The notes below the pieces were generated by a model. The model saw nothing but the letters and a program-made list of their open reading frames with translations, did no database searches and had not been told where the DNA came from. From Eubacteriales bacterium (GTDB lineage: Bacteria > Bacillota > Clostridia > Oscillospirales > CAG-382), in the NCBI GenBank assembly GCA_045580005.1, contig JAZNMZ010000009.1, forward strand, positions 21,154 to 85,153: 64,000 bases of DNA. Direction: 5' to 3'. This document shows positions 56,071 through 64,000 of this stretch, piece by piece (positions within the stretch are counted from its first letter, which is position 1; each line of letters begins with the position of its first letter). The translations under genes were made by a program, and so were the position numbers.

Positions 56071-57555
56071 TTATAATTTTTTGATTAACTTTAAGAATTT
56101 TTCATAACCCTCATCCCACATTGCTGTGTCCTTGGGCTCAAAGCACTTAATTTCAAAAGAATTTGCAATAACCTGTCTTGCTTCCTTTACATTCTTAATC
56201 TCACCGCAGGCAATAGCCTGAACAGCAATATTACCGAGTGCTGTAGCTTCTACAGGACCTGTATATACAGGTCTGCCACAAGCGTCAGCTGTAAACTTGC
56301 ACAGGGGCTCTTCCTTTGTGCCGCCGCCGACGATATTAATAAACGGAGTCTTTTTGCCAGTGATATCGTCCATCATAGAAACTGTATGTCTGTAGCAAAG
56401 CGCAAGACTATCAAAAATACATCTTACAATCTCACCCTTTGTCTGTGGAACATACTGACCTGTCTTTTCGCAGTACTCCTGAATTCTGCGCGGCATGTTG
56501 CCGGGAGTCTGGAACGAAAGATCATCGGGGTTAATAAGACAAGCAAGCGGCTTTGACGCAACGGCTGCTTCTGACAGCTCGTTGAACGAAACATCCTGTC
56601 CCTCTCTCTGCCACTGACGGCGCGATTCCTGTTCAATCCACAGACCCATAATATTCTTCAAGAATCTGATTTTCCTCTCAGCTCCGCCCTCGTTTGTAAT
56701 GTCATACTTATACGAAAGCTCGCCTGTTGACGGCTCGGAAAGTTCCTTACCCATAAGCGACCATGTGCCGCTTGATATGTATACAAAATCATCTTTCTGA
56801 GAGGGCACTGCAACAACAGCCGCCGCAGTATCGTGAGAAGCTGTGTTTACGACTGTGGGGTTGATACCGCCGATTTCTTCAATAACAGAGGGCAAAAGCT
56901 TTCCGCAGACAGTTCCGGGAGTCACGATATTTCCGAGCAGATGTCTCGGAATGCCGAGCTTGTCTGTAACATTGTATGCCCAGTCGCGGCTGTTTGCATC
57001 AAGCATCTGTGAAGTGGAAGCAATCGTGTATTCTGTCTGCTTTACTCCCGTGAGAAAATACTTCAAAAGGTCGGGAATAAAGAGCATATCCTTTGCAATA
57101 TCAAGCATTTCAGGTCGCTCTTTAACCACACAGTATAGCTGGTAAATTGTGTTGAAGTTCAAAAACTGTGTGCCGGTAATCTTATAAAGTTCTTCCTTTG
57201 GGATAACCTTAAAGAGTTCTTCCATGATACCCTTTGTTGTTCTCTCATCTCTGTAGCAAAAAGGGTTTTCAATAAGGTTTCCGCCGGCGTCAAGAAAGCC
57301 GTAGTCAACGCCCCATGTGTCAATCGCCATTGTCTTGATATCCTTGTTGTCGGACATAGAGCAGTTGTGCAAAGCAGTTTTAATCTCACCGTATGTACGG
57401 AGAATATCCCAATAAAGGTTGCCGTTGAGATTTACGGGACCGTTGGGAAATCTGTGTATCTCCTCAAGAGATATTTTTTCTCCATCGAATTTTCCTACCA
57501 TACCTCTGCCGCTTGAAGCGCCAAGGTCAATAGCAAGCATTTTTAATGTTGCCAT
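56071..57555 (-). CDS. rhaB: rhamnulokinase
   Basis: FGGY kinase: LAIDLGASSGR and GGG.K. motifs. Adjacent to rhaA. ATG at 57555 with GGAGG 8 nt upstream. Confidence 0.9.
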   Translation of the reverse strand: MATLKMLAIDLGASSGRGMVGKFDGEKISLEEIHRFPNGPVNLNGNLYWDILRTYGEIKTALHNCSMSDNKDIKTMAIDTWGVDYGFLDAGGNLIENPFCYRDERTTKGIMEELFKVIPKEELYKITGTQFLNFNTIYQLYCVVKERPEMLDIAKDMLFIPDLLKYFLTGVKQTEYTIASTSQMLDANSRDWAYNVTDKLGIPRHLLGNIVTPGTVCGKLLPSVIEEIGGINPTVVNTASHDTAAAVVAVPSQKDDFVYISSGTWSLMGKELSEPSTGELSYKYDITNEGGAERKIRFLKNIMGLWIEQESRRQWQREGQDVSFNELSEAAVASKPLACLINPDDLSFQTPGNMPRRIQEYCEKTGQYVPQTKGEIVRCIFDSLALCYRHTVSMMDDITGKKTPFINIVGGGTKEEPLCKFTADACGRPVYTGPVEATALGNIAVQAIACGEIKNVKEARQVIANSFEIKCFEPKDTAMWDEGYEKFLKLIKKL

Positions 57556-57583
57556 AGGAAACACCTCCTCATTTATGTTCTGT

Positions 57584-58534
57584 TTATTTTTTCATATTGA
57601 TTTTAATATTACACGAAAGCACCTCGGCGGTTTCAAGTCTGCCGTCTGAGTCTACAAGGTTTGCGCCAACAGTCTTTCTGTTAACATCCATATAGTATTC
57701 GCTCTTTCTGCCCTCGATTTTAATTGTGCCGTCGTCACAAAGAGTTATCATTGCAAAAATCGGATCTTCTCTAAGAATCGTGCGCGAAAGATATTTGTAT
57801 TTCTTTGTGAGTTCTTTAGGGAAAAAATCATGCTTGAAATTATCCCCGAGCCAGTCGGTTGCAACCGAGTTAAGATCAAGAAAAGCAATATTCTTAAAAA
57901 TTCTCAGATTGTCTCTGTGGTGATGGCCGTTTATTGCCATAAGGACCCTCTGCTTATCTGAATTCACTCTGTCAAGCAGTGCCCATATTTTGTCATTCTC
58001 TTCTCTGGAAAGACCGTTATTAAATCTTTCAAGACTGTGATGCGAGAAGATAACACACGGAAAGCCTGACTCCATAATAGTATTTTCAAGCCACTTGAGC
58101 TGTTCATCTCCGCACGATGCTATAGCAGAAGCAAACGGTGCTTTTTTGTACTGATTGCCGTTGGAATAGTGATATCTCTTACCGTCAATCACAAATGCAT
58201 TAAAGTCAAGCACGATAAATCTGAAGCCGCATTTATCAAAGAAATAGTAGCCGTTTTCGAGTCCAAAGCCCTGCAGGGCGCTTTTGTATGTGCTCTTATC
58301 AAACTCGTGATTGCCGAACACATGATATACTTCCATAGGGAAATCAGAAAGCATCTCTATAACATCGGTAAACTTGCCTGCTCCGTGGCAGAAATCTCCA
58401 AGCTGTACAACAAAATCGGCTTTCGCCTCAATTGCACTTTTTTTGATTACAGCAAGCCTTTCCTCGGACTGTGTATAGAATGTGCCGGGAAAGTGCTGCA
58501 AGTCAGCAAAAGCACAAAAGGTAATCTTGTTCAT
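57584..58534 (-). CDS. metallophosphoesterase (calcineurin-like)
   Basis: ADLQH, GDFCHG, GNHEFD, and SHH / GHHH motifs. Only 19 nt upstream of rhaB. Confidence 0.8.
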   Translation of the reverse strand: MNKITFCAFADLQHFPGTFYTQSEERLAVIKKSAIEAKADFVVQLGDFCHGAGKFTDVIEMLSDFPMEVYHVFGNHEFDKSTYKSALQGFGLENGYYFFDKCGFRFIVLDFNAFVIDGKRYHYSNGNQYKKAPFASAIASCGDEQLKWLENTIMESGFPCVIFSHHSLERFNNGLSREENDKIWALLDRVNSDKQRVLMAINGHHHRDNLRIFKNIAFLDLNSVATDWLGDNFKHDFFPKELTKKYKYLSRTILREDPIFAMITLCDDGTIKIEGRKSEYYMDVNRKTVGANLVDSDGRLETAEVLSCNIKINMKK

Positions 58535-58567
58535 AGATCTTGCTCCTTGCTAAATTTATACAAAATG

Positions 58568-58596
58568 ATTGTATCACATCTTGACGCTTTTTTCAA
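58568..58596 (-). promoter_or_regulatory. sigma-A-type promoter candidate for the metallophosphoesterase-rhaB-rhaA operon
   Basis: Minus strand reads TTGAAA, 17-nt spacer ending in TG, then TACAAT. Confidence 0.45.
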
Positions 58597-58637
58597 TGCT
58601 TTTTGGAATTTTTTCGTATATTTTTCAAAATTCCCGT

Positions 58638-61076
58638 TTATTTGAGTTTTACAACAGTGACTCCTGCGTCTCCCTCTCCATACATACCGCCGCGTATTGA
58701 CTCAACACGCTTATCACGACGCAGTTGGGTTGTGAGAGCTGCTCTGAGCGCTCCTGTACCCTTGCCATGTATGATTGTGACCTGAGAAAGATTTGCCATA
58801 AGAGCATCATCAAGATACTTATCCACGACAAACCACGCATCGTCACCTATCATACCGCGCACATCAATCTCGGCACTCACCGACATACTTGCCTTGGGTG
58901 CCTTTGTGAGTTTAACATTCTTTTCGGGGGTCGCGGTACGCTCTACAAGCATGAGATTTTTGAGCTTTGTCTTTGTCTTTATAATGCCTGCCTGTACGGT
59001 TACATTCTTACCGTCAATCTGAAGCACTGTTCCCTGCTTATTGATGTCGCGCAGTATAACAGTATCCCCCACAACAAGCTCTCTCGGCAGGACATACTCC
59101 TCCTCGAGTTTTTTTGTGACGCTCGAGCCGATCTTTTTGTCCATTGCGTTAAGTTGGGCTTTGACCTGACTCTTCGCCTGCTGGAGGTTCTCGGCAAAAT
59201 GCTCACTGTCCTTTTGCTTTTTTATCTTGTCGAGCTCAGCAAAGATATAATCAGCAGAGGCTCTTGCCTGGTCAATGAGGGCTGTAGCGGTTTTTTGTGA
59301 CCTTTCGCTTTCTGCCTCAAGACGCTTATTGAACTTTTCTCTGTCTTCCCTTGTCTTTTTGTGCATCTCGGAAAGCTCTTTTCGCAGCGCTGTGGCTTTC
59401 TGCTTTTCTTTTTCGTAGTGCGAACGCTCGTCCTCAAGCTGCTCAAGAAGACTCTCGAATCTTCTCGTTTCGCCCGCAACACTGTCTCTTGCGCTGTCGA
59501 TAATATCCTCGGGTATGCCGAGCCTTTTTGCTATGGCAAAAGCATTGGATTTGCCGGGAAGACCGATAAGAAGCCTGTATGTCGGTTTAAGAGTTTCAAC
59601 ATCAAACTCACAGCTGGCATTCATAACGCCCTCGGTAGACAATGCATACGCTTTCAACTCCGCATAGTGAGTAGTAGCAGCACAAAGGCAGCCCCTGCCT
59701 CTTACGGTTTCAAGAATAGCCTCAGCAAGCGCAGCGCCCTCTATCGGGTCTGTACCTGCACCAAGCTCATCAAAGAGCACGAGTGAAGACGAATTTATTT
59801 TCTTTAATATTTCAACAATATTCACCATGTGAGCAGAAAAGGTAGAGAGCGATTGTTCAATGCTCTGCTCGTCACCTATATCCGCAAGTATCGAATCAAA
59901 AACAGGAAGTGTAGAGCCGTCCCCTGCAGGAATATGAAGACCACACTGAGCCATTACAGACAAAAGTCCGAGTGTCTTGAGCGTAACAGTTTTACCACCC
60001 GTGTTAGGGCCTGTTATGACAAGCATATTAAAGTCCTTGCCGAGATATACATTTATCGGCACAACAGTGCTCTTGTCAAGCAACGGATGTCTTGCGTTTT
60101 TTAAATCAATATTGTTCTTCATTGAAATAATAGGCTCTGTCGCGTCCATTTTGTACGACAAATCAGCCTTTGCAAAAATGACAGACAACTCGCAAAGATT
60201 TTCATAGTTTGCGACAAGAGAATCACAGAACCTTGCACACTCTGATGAAAGATTATATAGAATTCTTTCTATCTCAGCCTCTTCCTTTGACTGAAGTACC
60301 CTTATTTCATTGTTGGCCTCGACAACGCTCATAGGCTCAACAAAAAGCGTTGCACCCGTTGCTGAGGTGTCGTGTACAAGTCCTTTTATCTCTGCTCTGT
60401 ACTCAGCCTTAACGGGCACTACGAATCTGCCATTTCGTGTTGTGATAATATTCTCCTGCAGATATTTTGAACCGCCGCCCGAAACATATTTTTGAAGATT
60501 GTCTCTGATTTTATTTGACGCAGCACGGATTTTTCTGCGAATGTTATACAGCTCATCTGATGCAGTATCTGCAAGAGCCTCCTCAGAGATAATTGAAGAT
60601 GCTATGAGCTCCTCAAGAAATTTATTTGGCTGGAGAAGACTTACAATGTCATAAAGCGATGACTTTTCGCTATCTGTAAATGTTCCGAAATACTCAGAAA
60701 TACTTCTTGTACAAGTAAGAACTGCAGCAACACGCAGAAGTTCTGCCATATTCAAGGGCGCTCCTTTGCGTGCACGCTTGAGCGTATTTGTTATATCGGT
60801 AACTCCGCCGAAAGACGGCTTTCCCTTTGAAGCCATAATATTTTTGGCTTCACTTGTCTGAGAAAGCATATACTTGATATGCTTTGCTGATACTGACGGA
60901 CGAAGCTGCCTGATAATTTCCTTTGCACTATCAATGACAGTGCACTCTGCAAGCATATCTATAATCTTGTCAAATTCAAGCGTTGTCAGCGCCTTTGAAA
61001 ATCCCTGCGCGGCATAATCGTTTATTCCGTCAGAATAAAGCACACCACGCATAGAGCTTGTTTTGTCCTGTGACAT
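58638..61076 (-). CDS. mutS2: endonuclease MutS2 (MutS domain V ATPase + Smr)
   Basis: ITGPNTGGKT Walker A, DELGAGTDP, and a C-terminal Smr domain (IIHGKGTGALR). Start at MSQDK (61076). The longer ORF-track version would overlap recO. Confidence 0.9.
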   Translation of the reverse strand: MSQDKTSSMRGVLYSDGINDYAAQGFSKALTTLEFDKIIDMLAECTVIDSAKEIIRQLRPSVSAKHIKYMLSQTSEAKNIMASKGKPSFGGVTDITNTLKRARKGAPLNMAELLRVAAVLTCTRSISEYFGTFTDSEKSSLYDIVSLLQPNKFLEELIASSIISEEALADTASDELYNIRRKIRAASNKIRDNLQKYVSGGGSKYLQENIITTRNGRFVVPVKAEYRAEIKGLVHDTSATGATLFVEPMSVVEANNEIRVLQSKEEAEIERILYNLSSECARFCDSLVANYENLCELSVIFAKADLSYKMDATEPIISMKNNIDLKNARHPLLDKSTVVPINVYLGKDFNMLVITGPNTGGKTVTLKTLGLLSVMAQCGLHIPAGDGSTLPVFDSILADIGDEQSIEQSLSTFSAHMVNIVEILKKINSSSLVLFDELGAGTDPIEGAALAEAILETVRGRGCLCAATTHYAELKAYALSTEGVMNASCEFDVETLKPTYRLLIGLPGKSNAFAIAKRLGIPEDIIDSARDSVAGETRRFESLLEQLEDERSHYEKEKQKATALRKELSEMHKKTREDREKFNKRLEAESERSQKTATALIDQARASADYIFAELDKIKKQKDSEHFAENLQQAKSQVKAQLNAMDKKIGSSVTKKLEEEYVLPRELVVGDTVILRDINKQGTVLQIDGKNVTVQAGIIKTKTKLKNLMLVERTATPEKNVKLTKAPKASMSVSAEIDVRGMIGDDAWFVVDKYLDDALMANLSQVTIIHGKGTGALRAALTTQLRRDKRVESIRGGMYGEGDAGVTVVKLK

Positions 61077-61080
61077 ATAT

Positions 61081-61878
61081 TTACTCCAAATCAGTAATAC
61101 TTTTGTAGAATGAAAGTGTTTTGAAATCTTTTCCTGTATGGTAAGAAACATACCTTTCGCAAATAAGCGAAAGCATATCTGCCCCATCGTCTGACAGCTC
61201 AAAGCTAAGCATTTTTGACTGGGGTGTATGTACAATAAAAGCGAAAGCAGCAACCATATCCTCGCCAAGCTCTGTAACAAAAACACTTCCGCTGTCGGCA
61301 CAGCTATCGCAAAGAATACTTCCGTCGGAAAGCGAGAAGAAATATTTACCTTTCTTGTTCGCACATTCTGCTATTCCCTTTTGGCATATACCACACTCCG
61401 AAAGCTGGGGCATATATCCCGATGTAACCATGGTCTTAAGTTCAAATGCTGCCTTTATCTTCCACAAGGGAACACTTTGCATTTTTGACAGTGCATAAAA
61501 GCTGTTGAGCAAAAGACGCAGCATTTCTGTTTCATCGTTGTTCTCTGTACAGACCGTAAGAGCAATATCCGCAAAATAAGAAGCAAGAGCAAACCTTTTT
61601 ACATCGTTTCTTATTTGATAGTGCGTATCCTTTATCGTCGCAGTTTTGAGAAGATACATATAATTGCGGCTGATAAGCTCAAATTCTGAATAACAAAACT
61701 GCTGTACTGCATATGCATTTTTGCTTTTGGGATTTTTCACTCCCTTTGCAAGAATATCAATCTTGCCGTATTTCGATGTAAGGACCGTGACTATCTTGTC
61801 GCCCTCGCCTTTCAGCGTCTCCTTAAGCACAATACCGACACAAGTTTCCTCGGTACATCCCGCAAGATTATTTTTCAT
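61081..61878 (-). CDS. recO: DNA repair protein RecO
   Basis: OB-fold N-terminus (GIVLK....GEGDKIVTVL) and a Cys4 zinc motif (C.IC...C..C). Confidence 0.85.
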   Translation of the reverse strand: MKNNLAGCTEETCVGIVLKETLKGEGDKIVTVLTSKYGKIDILAKGVKNPKSKNAYAVQQFCYSEFELISRNYMYLLKTATIKDTHYQIRNDVKRFALASYFADIALTVCTENNDETEMLRLLLNSFYALSKMQSVPLWKIKAAFELKTMVTSGYMPQLSECGICQKGIAECANKKGKYFFSLSDGSILCDSCADSGSVFVTELGEDMVAAFAFIVHTPQSKMLSFELSDDGADMLSLICERYVSYHTGKDFKTLSFYKSITDLE

Positions 61879-63265
61879 CTTTGAACCCTAATCTGTTAAG
61901 GGTTACCTGGCTGTCACGCCAATTTTCTTTTACTTTTACCCATATATCAAGGAATACTTTGTTTTCAAACATCTTTTCCATATCTTCGCGGGCATAGGTC
62001 GCAGCCTTTTTGAGAGTTTCGCCGTTTTTGCCTATTATAATTCTCTTATGAGCTTCTTTCTCGCAATATACCTCTGCTCTGATGCTCACTATTTTGGGCT
62101 TTTCTTCAAACTGCTCAATTACAACAGCAATACCGTGAGGTACTTCATCATCAAGAAGACGAAGGAGCTTTTCTCTTATAATCTCAGACGCTATCTGACG
62201 CATAGGCTGGTCTGTAACAATATCGTCAGGAAAATACCAGCGTTCCTGCTTGAGAAAAGGCGAAAGCTCATCTATAACAATATCAACTCCGTCATTGTTA
62301 AGTGCAGAAATCGGAATGACCGATTTAAACTCGCACAACTTTGAAAAATGGTCTATAGTTGTTAATATCTTTGTCTTTTTGAAAGCGTCTGCTTTGTTGA
62401 TAACAAGAATCGCAGGAACTTTCATCAAGTTGATTTTTTCTGCAATTTCAAGCTCAATCTTAGCAGGCTTTTCAGTCGGCTCAACAACAAACACAACAGC
62501 ATCAATACCTACAACAGACTCGCCTACTGTTTTCATCATATATTCGCCAAGCTTATTCTTTGGCTTATGGATACCGGGAGTATCGACAAAAACGAACTGA
62601 TCTGCTCCTTTGGTATAAACACCTGTAATCTTATTGCGTGTGGTCTGAGGCTTTTTGGAAACTATTGCAACCTTTTCACCGATAATGGCATTGAGCAGCG
62701 TACTCTTACCAACATTCGGGCGTCCGAGAATGCTTATAAAGCCCGTTCTCATTTCCTGAGTCTCTTCTTTTGATTCCTCCTCGTCCTGCAAACCACGGGT
62801 AATGCCGATTGATGAGAGAATCTTCTCGCACGACTCATTCATATACACCTCGTCCTGCGAGCTTGTTTCGTGGTCGTAGCCCAAAAGATGTAGCACCGAA
62901 TGAACTGCAAGAAACGCAATTTCCCTTTCAAAACTGTGGCCAAAAGTCTCTGCTTGATCGGCAGCTCTCTCAAGCGAGATAACTATATCGCCGACAGCAA
63001 CGCTCTCGTCGCCTACAATGCCCGATATCTGCTCTTTTTCAAAAAGAGGAAAAGACAGAACATCAGTGGCACTGTCTTTGTTCCTGAACTGACAGTTAAG
63101 ACTCCTTATACTTTCGTTATCGGCAAAGGTAACAGATACCTCACAAGGAAAAGAAATTTTTTCAAACTTCAGTGCAGCATTTATAGCTTTTTTTACTGTA
63201 TTCTTGTGCTCAGGCAAAACCTTGATTTTTTTCTGATTGTCTGCAAAATAAATTTTATTTTTCAT
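61868..63265 (-). CDS. in-frame fusion of endoribonuclease YbeY and GTPase Era
   Basis: N-terminal part carries the YbeY metal motif [11 protein letters not shown]. After the acidic linker [14 protein letters not shown] comes [21 protein letters not shown], then DTPG, NKAD and a KH domain. One uninterrupted ORF. Confidence 0.8.
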   Translation of the reverse strand: MKNKIYFADNQKKIKVLPEHKNTVKKAINAALKFEKISFPCEVSVTFADNESIRSLNCQFRNKDSATDVLSFPLFEKEQISGIVGDESVAVGDIVISLERAADQAETFGHSFEREIAFLAVHSVLHLLGYDHETSSQDEVYMNESCEKILSSIGITRGLQDEEESKEETQEMRTGFISILGRPNVGKSTLLNAIIGEKVAIVSKKPQTTRNKITGVYTKGADQFVFVDTPGIHKPKNKLGEYMMKTVGESVVGIDAVVFVVEPTEKPAKIELEIAEKINLMKVPAILVINKADAFKKTKILTTIDHFSKLCEFKSVIPISALNNDGVDIVIDELSPFLKQERWYFPDDIVTDQPMRQIASEIIREKLLRLLDDEVPHGIAVVIEQFEEKPKIVSIRAEVYCEKEAHKRIIIGKNGETLKKAATYAREDMEKMFENKVFLDIWVKVKENWRDSQVTLNRLGFKDEK

Positions 63266-64000
63266 TTTTAAAATTCTTTTCCTTTCTCTGCTGTTCATAT
63301 CTGTCGTATGCCAGTATAATCTTCTGTACGAGTGCGTGTCTTACAATATCCCTGTCAGATAGTCTGTGTACCGATACGCCCTCAACATCCTTGATTATTT
63401 TTGCCGCCTCAATAAGTCCCGAACGATGTCCCTCCGGCAGATCAATCTGCGTAACATCGCCTGTCACAACAATTTTCGAACCAAAGCCGAGTCTTGTCAG
63501 GAACATCTTCATCTGCTCTGGAGTTGAGTTCTGCGCCTCATCAAGGATGATAAACGAGTCATCAAGCGTTCTGCCTCGCATATATGCAAGGGGTGCTATT
63601 TCGATAGCGCCCTTTTCTACATTTCTCGCATAGCCCTCAGCACCGAGCATTTCAAAAAGAGCGTCATGCAAGGGTCTGAGATACGGGTCAATCTTGTTCT
63701 GCAAATCACCAGGCAAAAAACCAAGCTTTTCTCCCGCTTCGACTGCAGGTCGTGTCAACACAATTCTGCTAACTGTTTTTGAGCGGAGCGCATTTACAGC
63801 CATTGCAACGGCAAGAAAAGTCTTACCTGTGCCTGCAGGACCTATACCGAGAACAACCGTGTTATCGCGTATCGCATCGACATACTTTCTCTGTCCCACC
63901 GTTTTTGCCTTGATAGGCTTGCCTCTGCTTGTAATACATATGCAGTCTTCCTCAAGCTTTACAATATCCTCAGCACTTTCCTCACCCGAAGTAGAAATTG
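63255..64000 (-). CDS. phoH: PhoH family ATPase, 5' end beyond window
   Basis: [13 protein letters not shown] Walker A and ILDEAQN Walker B. The frame stays open to the window edge. Confidence 0.85.
   Translation of the reverse strand, partial: ISTSGEESAEDIVKLEEDCICITSRGKPIKAKTVGQRKYVDAIRDNTVVLGIGPAGTGKTFLAVAMAVNALRSKTVSRIVLTRPAVEAGEKLGFLPGDLQNKIDPYLRPLHDALFEMLGAEGYARNVEKGAIEIAPLAYMRGRTLDDSFIILDEAQNSTPEQMKMFLTRLGFGSKIVVTGDVTQIDLPEGHRSGLIEAAKIIKDVEGVSVHRLSDRDIVRHALVQKIILAYDRYEQQRKEKNFKNEK

Noticed and set aside
61077-61364. 96-codon N-terminal extension of the MutS2 ORF
   Set aside because: It would overlap the 3' end of recO in another frame. The hydrophobic sequence is unlike MutS2. The MSQDK start at 61076 lies just after the recO stop.
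1-64000. Search by eye for rRNA, tRNA, CRISPR arrays, transposases, integrases and phage genes
   Set aside because: Intergenic regions are short and none shows tRNA-like or repeat-spacer structure. No ORF has transposase or integrase hallmarks. Absence was judged by inspection only; tRNAscan, Infernal and CRISPR finders would be decisive.

Overview
This is an AT-rich chromosomal segment of Clostridia type. It has GGAGG-type Shine-Dalgarno sites, sporulation genes (yabP, yabQ, a SpoVM-like micro-ORF, a SipL/SpoVID-like gene), cdaA-cdaR, relA, recJ and lepA-hemW. I support about 60 protein-coding genes. I recognised no rRNA, tRNA, CRISPR array, IS element or prophage. The left edge carries the tail of a capsule/EPS cluster (Wzz-type chain-length protein, BY-kinase, VanZ). 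Most of 26-64 kb is housekeeping: pgi, hpf, hup, mazG, dtd, relA, recJ, birA, lepA, murE, mutS2, recO and phoH. The stand-out accessory region is 12.4-25.3 kb. It is a single-strand 18-gene bacterial microcompartment (BMC) operon built around a glycyl-radical 1,2-propanediol-dehydratase-type enzyme and its activase. It encodes seven shell genes: four BMC-H, one permuted PduU/EutS type, one PduT-type BMC-T and one BMC-P. It also encodes PduV, PduS, a class II aldolase, a DUF336 protein, a Zn-dependent alcohol dehydrogenase (ADH), an Fe-dependent ADH and a Cof-type HAD phosphatase. Gene order resembles the fucose/rhamnose GRM5 loci as I recall them. However, I find no acylating aldehyde dehydrogenase, no PduL phosphotransacylase and no acyl kinase. 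An encapsulation-peptide-tagged Zn-ADH sits in the aldehyde dehydrogenase position, which suggests a purely reductive, propanol-forming microcompartment. rhaA and rhaB lie about 30 kb away without an aldolase. Other items worth a second look are a lysine-rich N-terminal extension with two plausible start sites on one shell protein, a shell paralog with an expanded pore loop, an unannotated 26-aa SpoVM-like ORF, and an in-frame YbeY-Era fusion. All functional calls come from reading motifs by eye. No database search was run.
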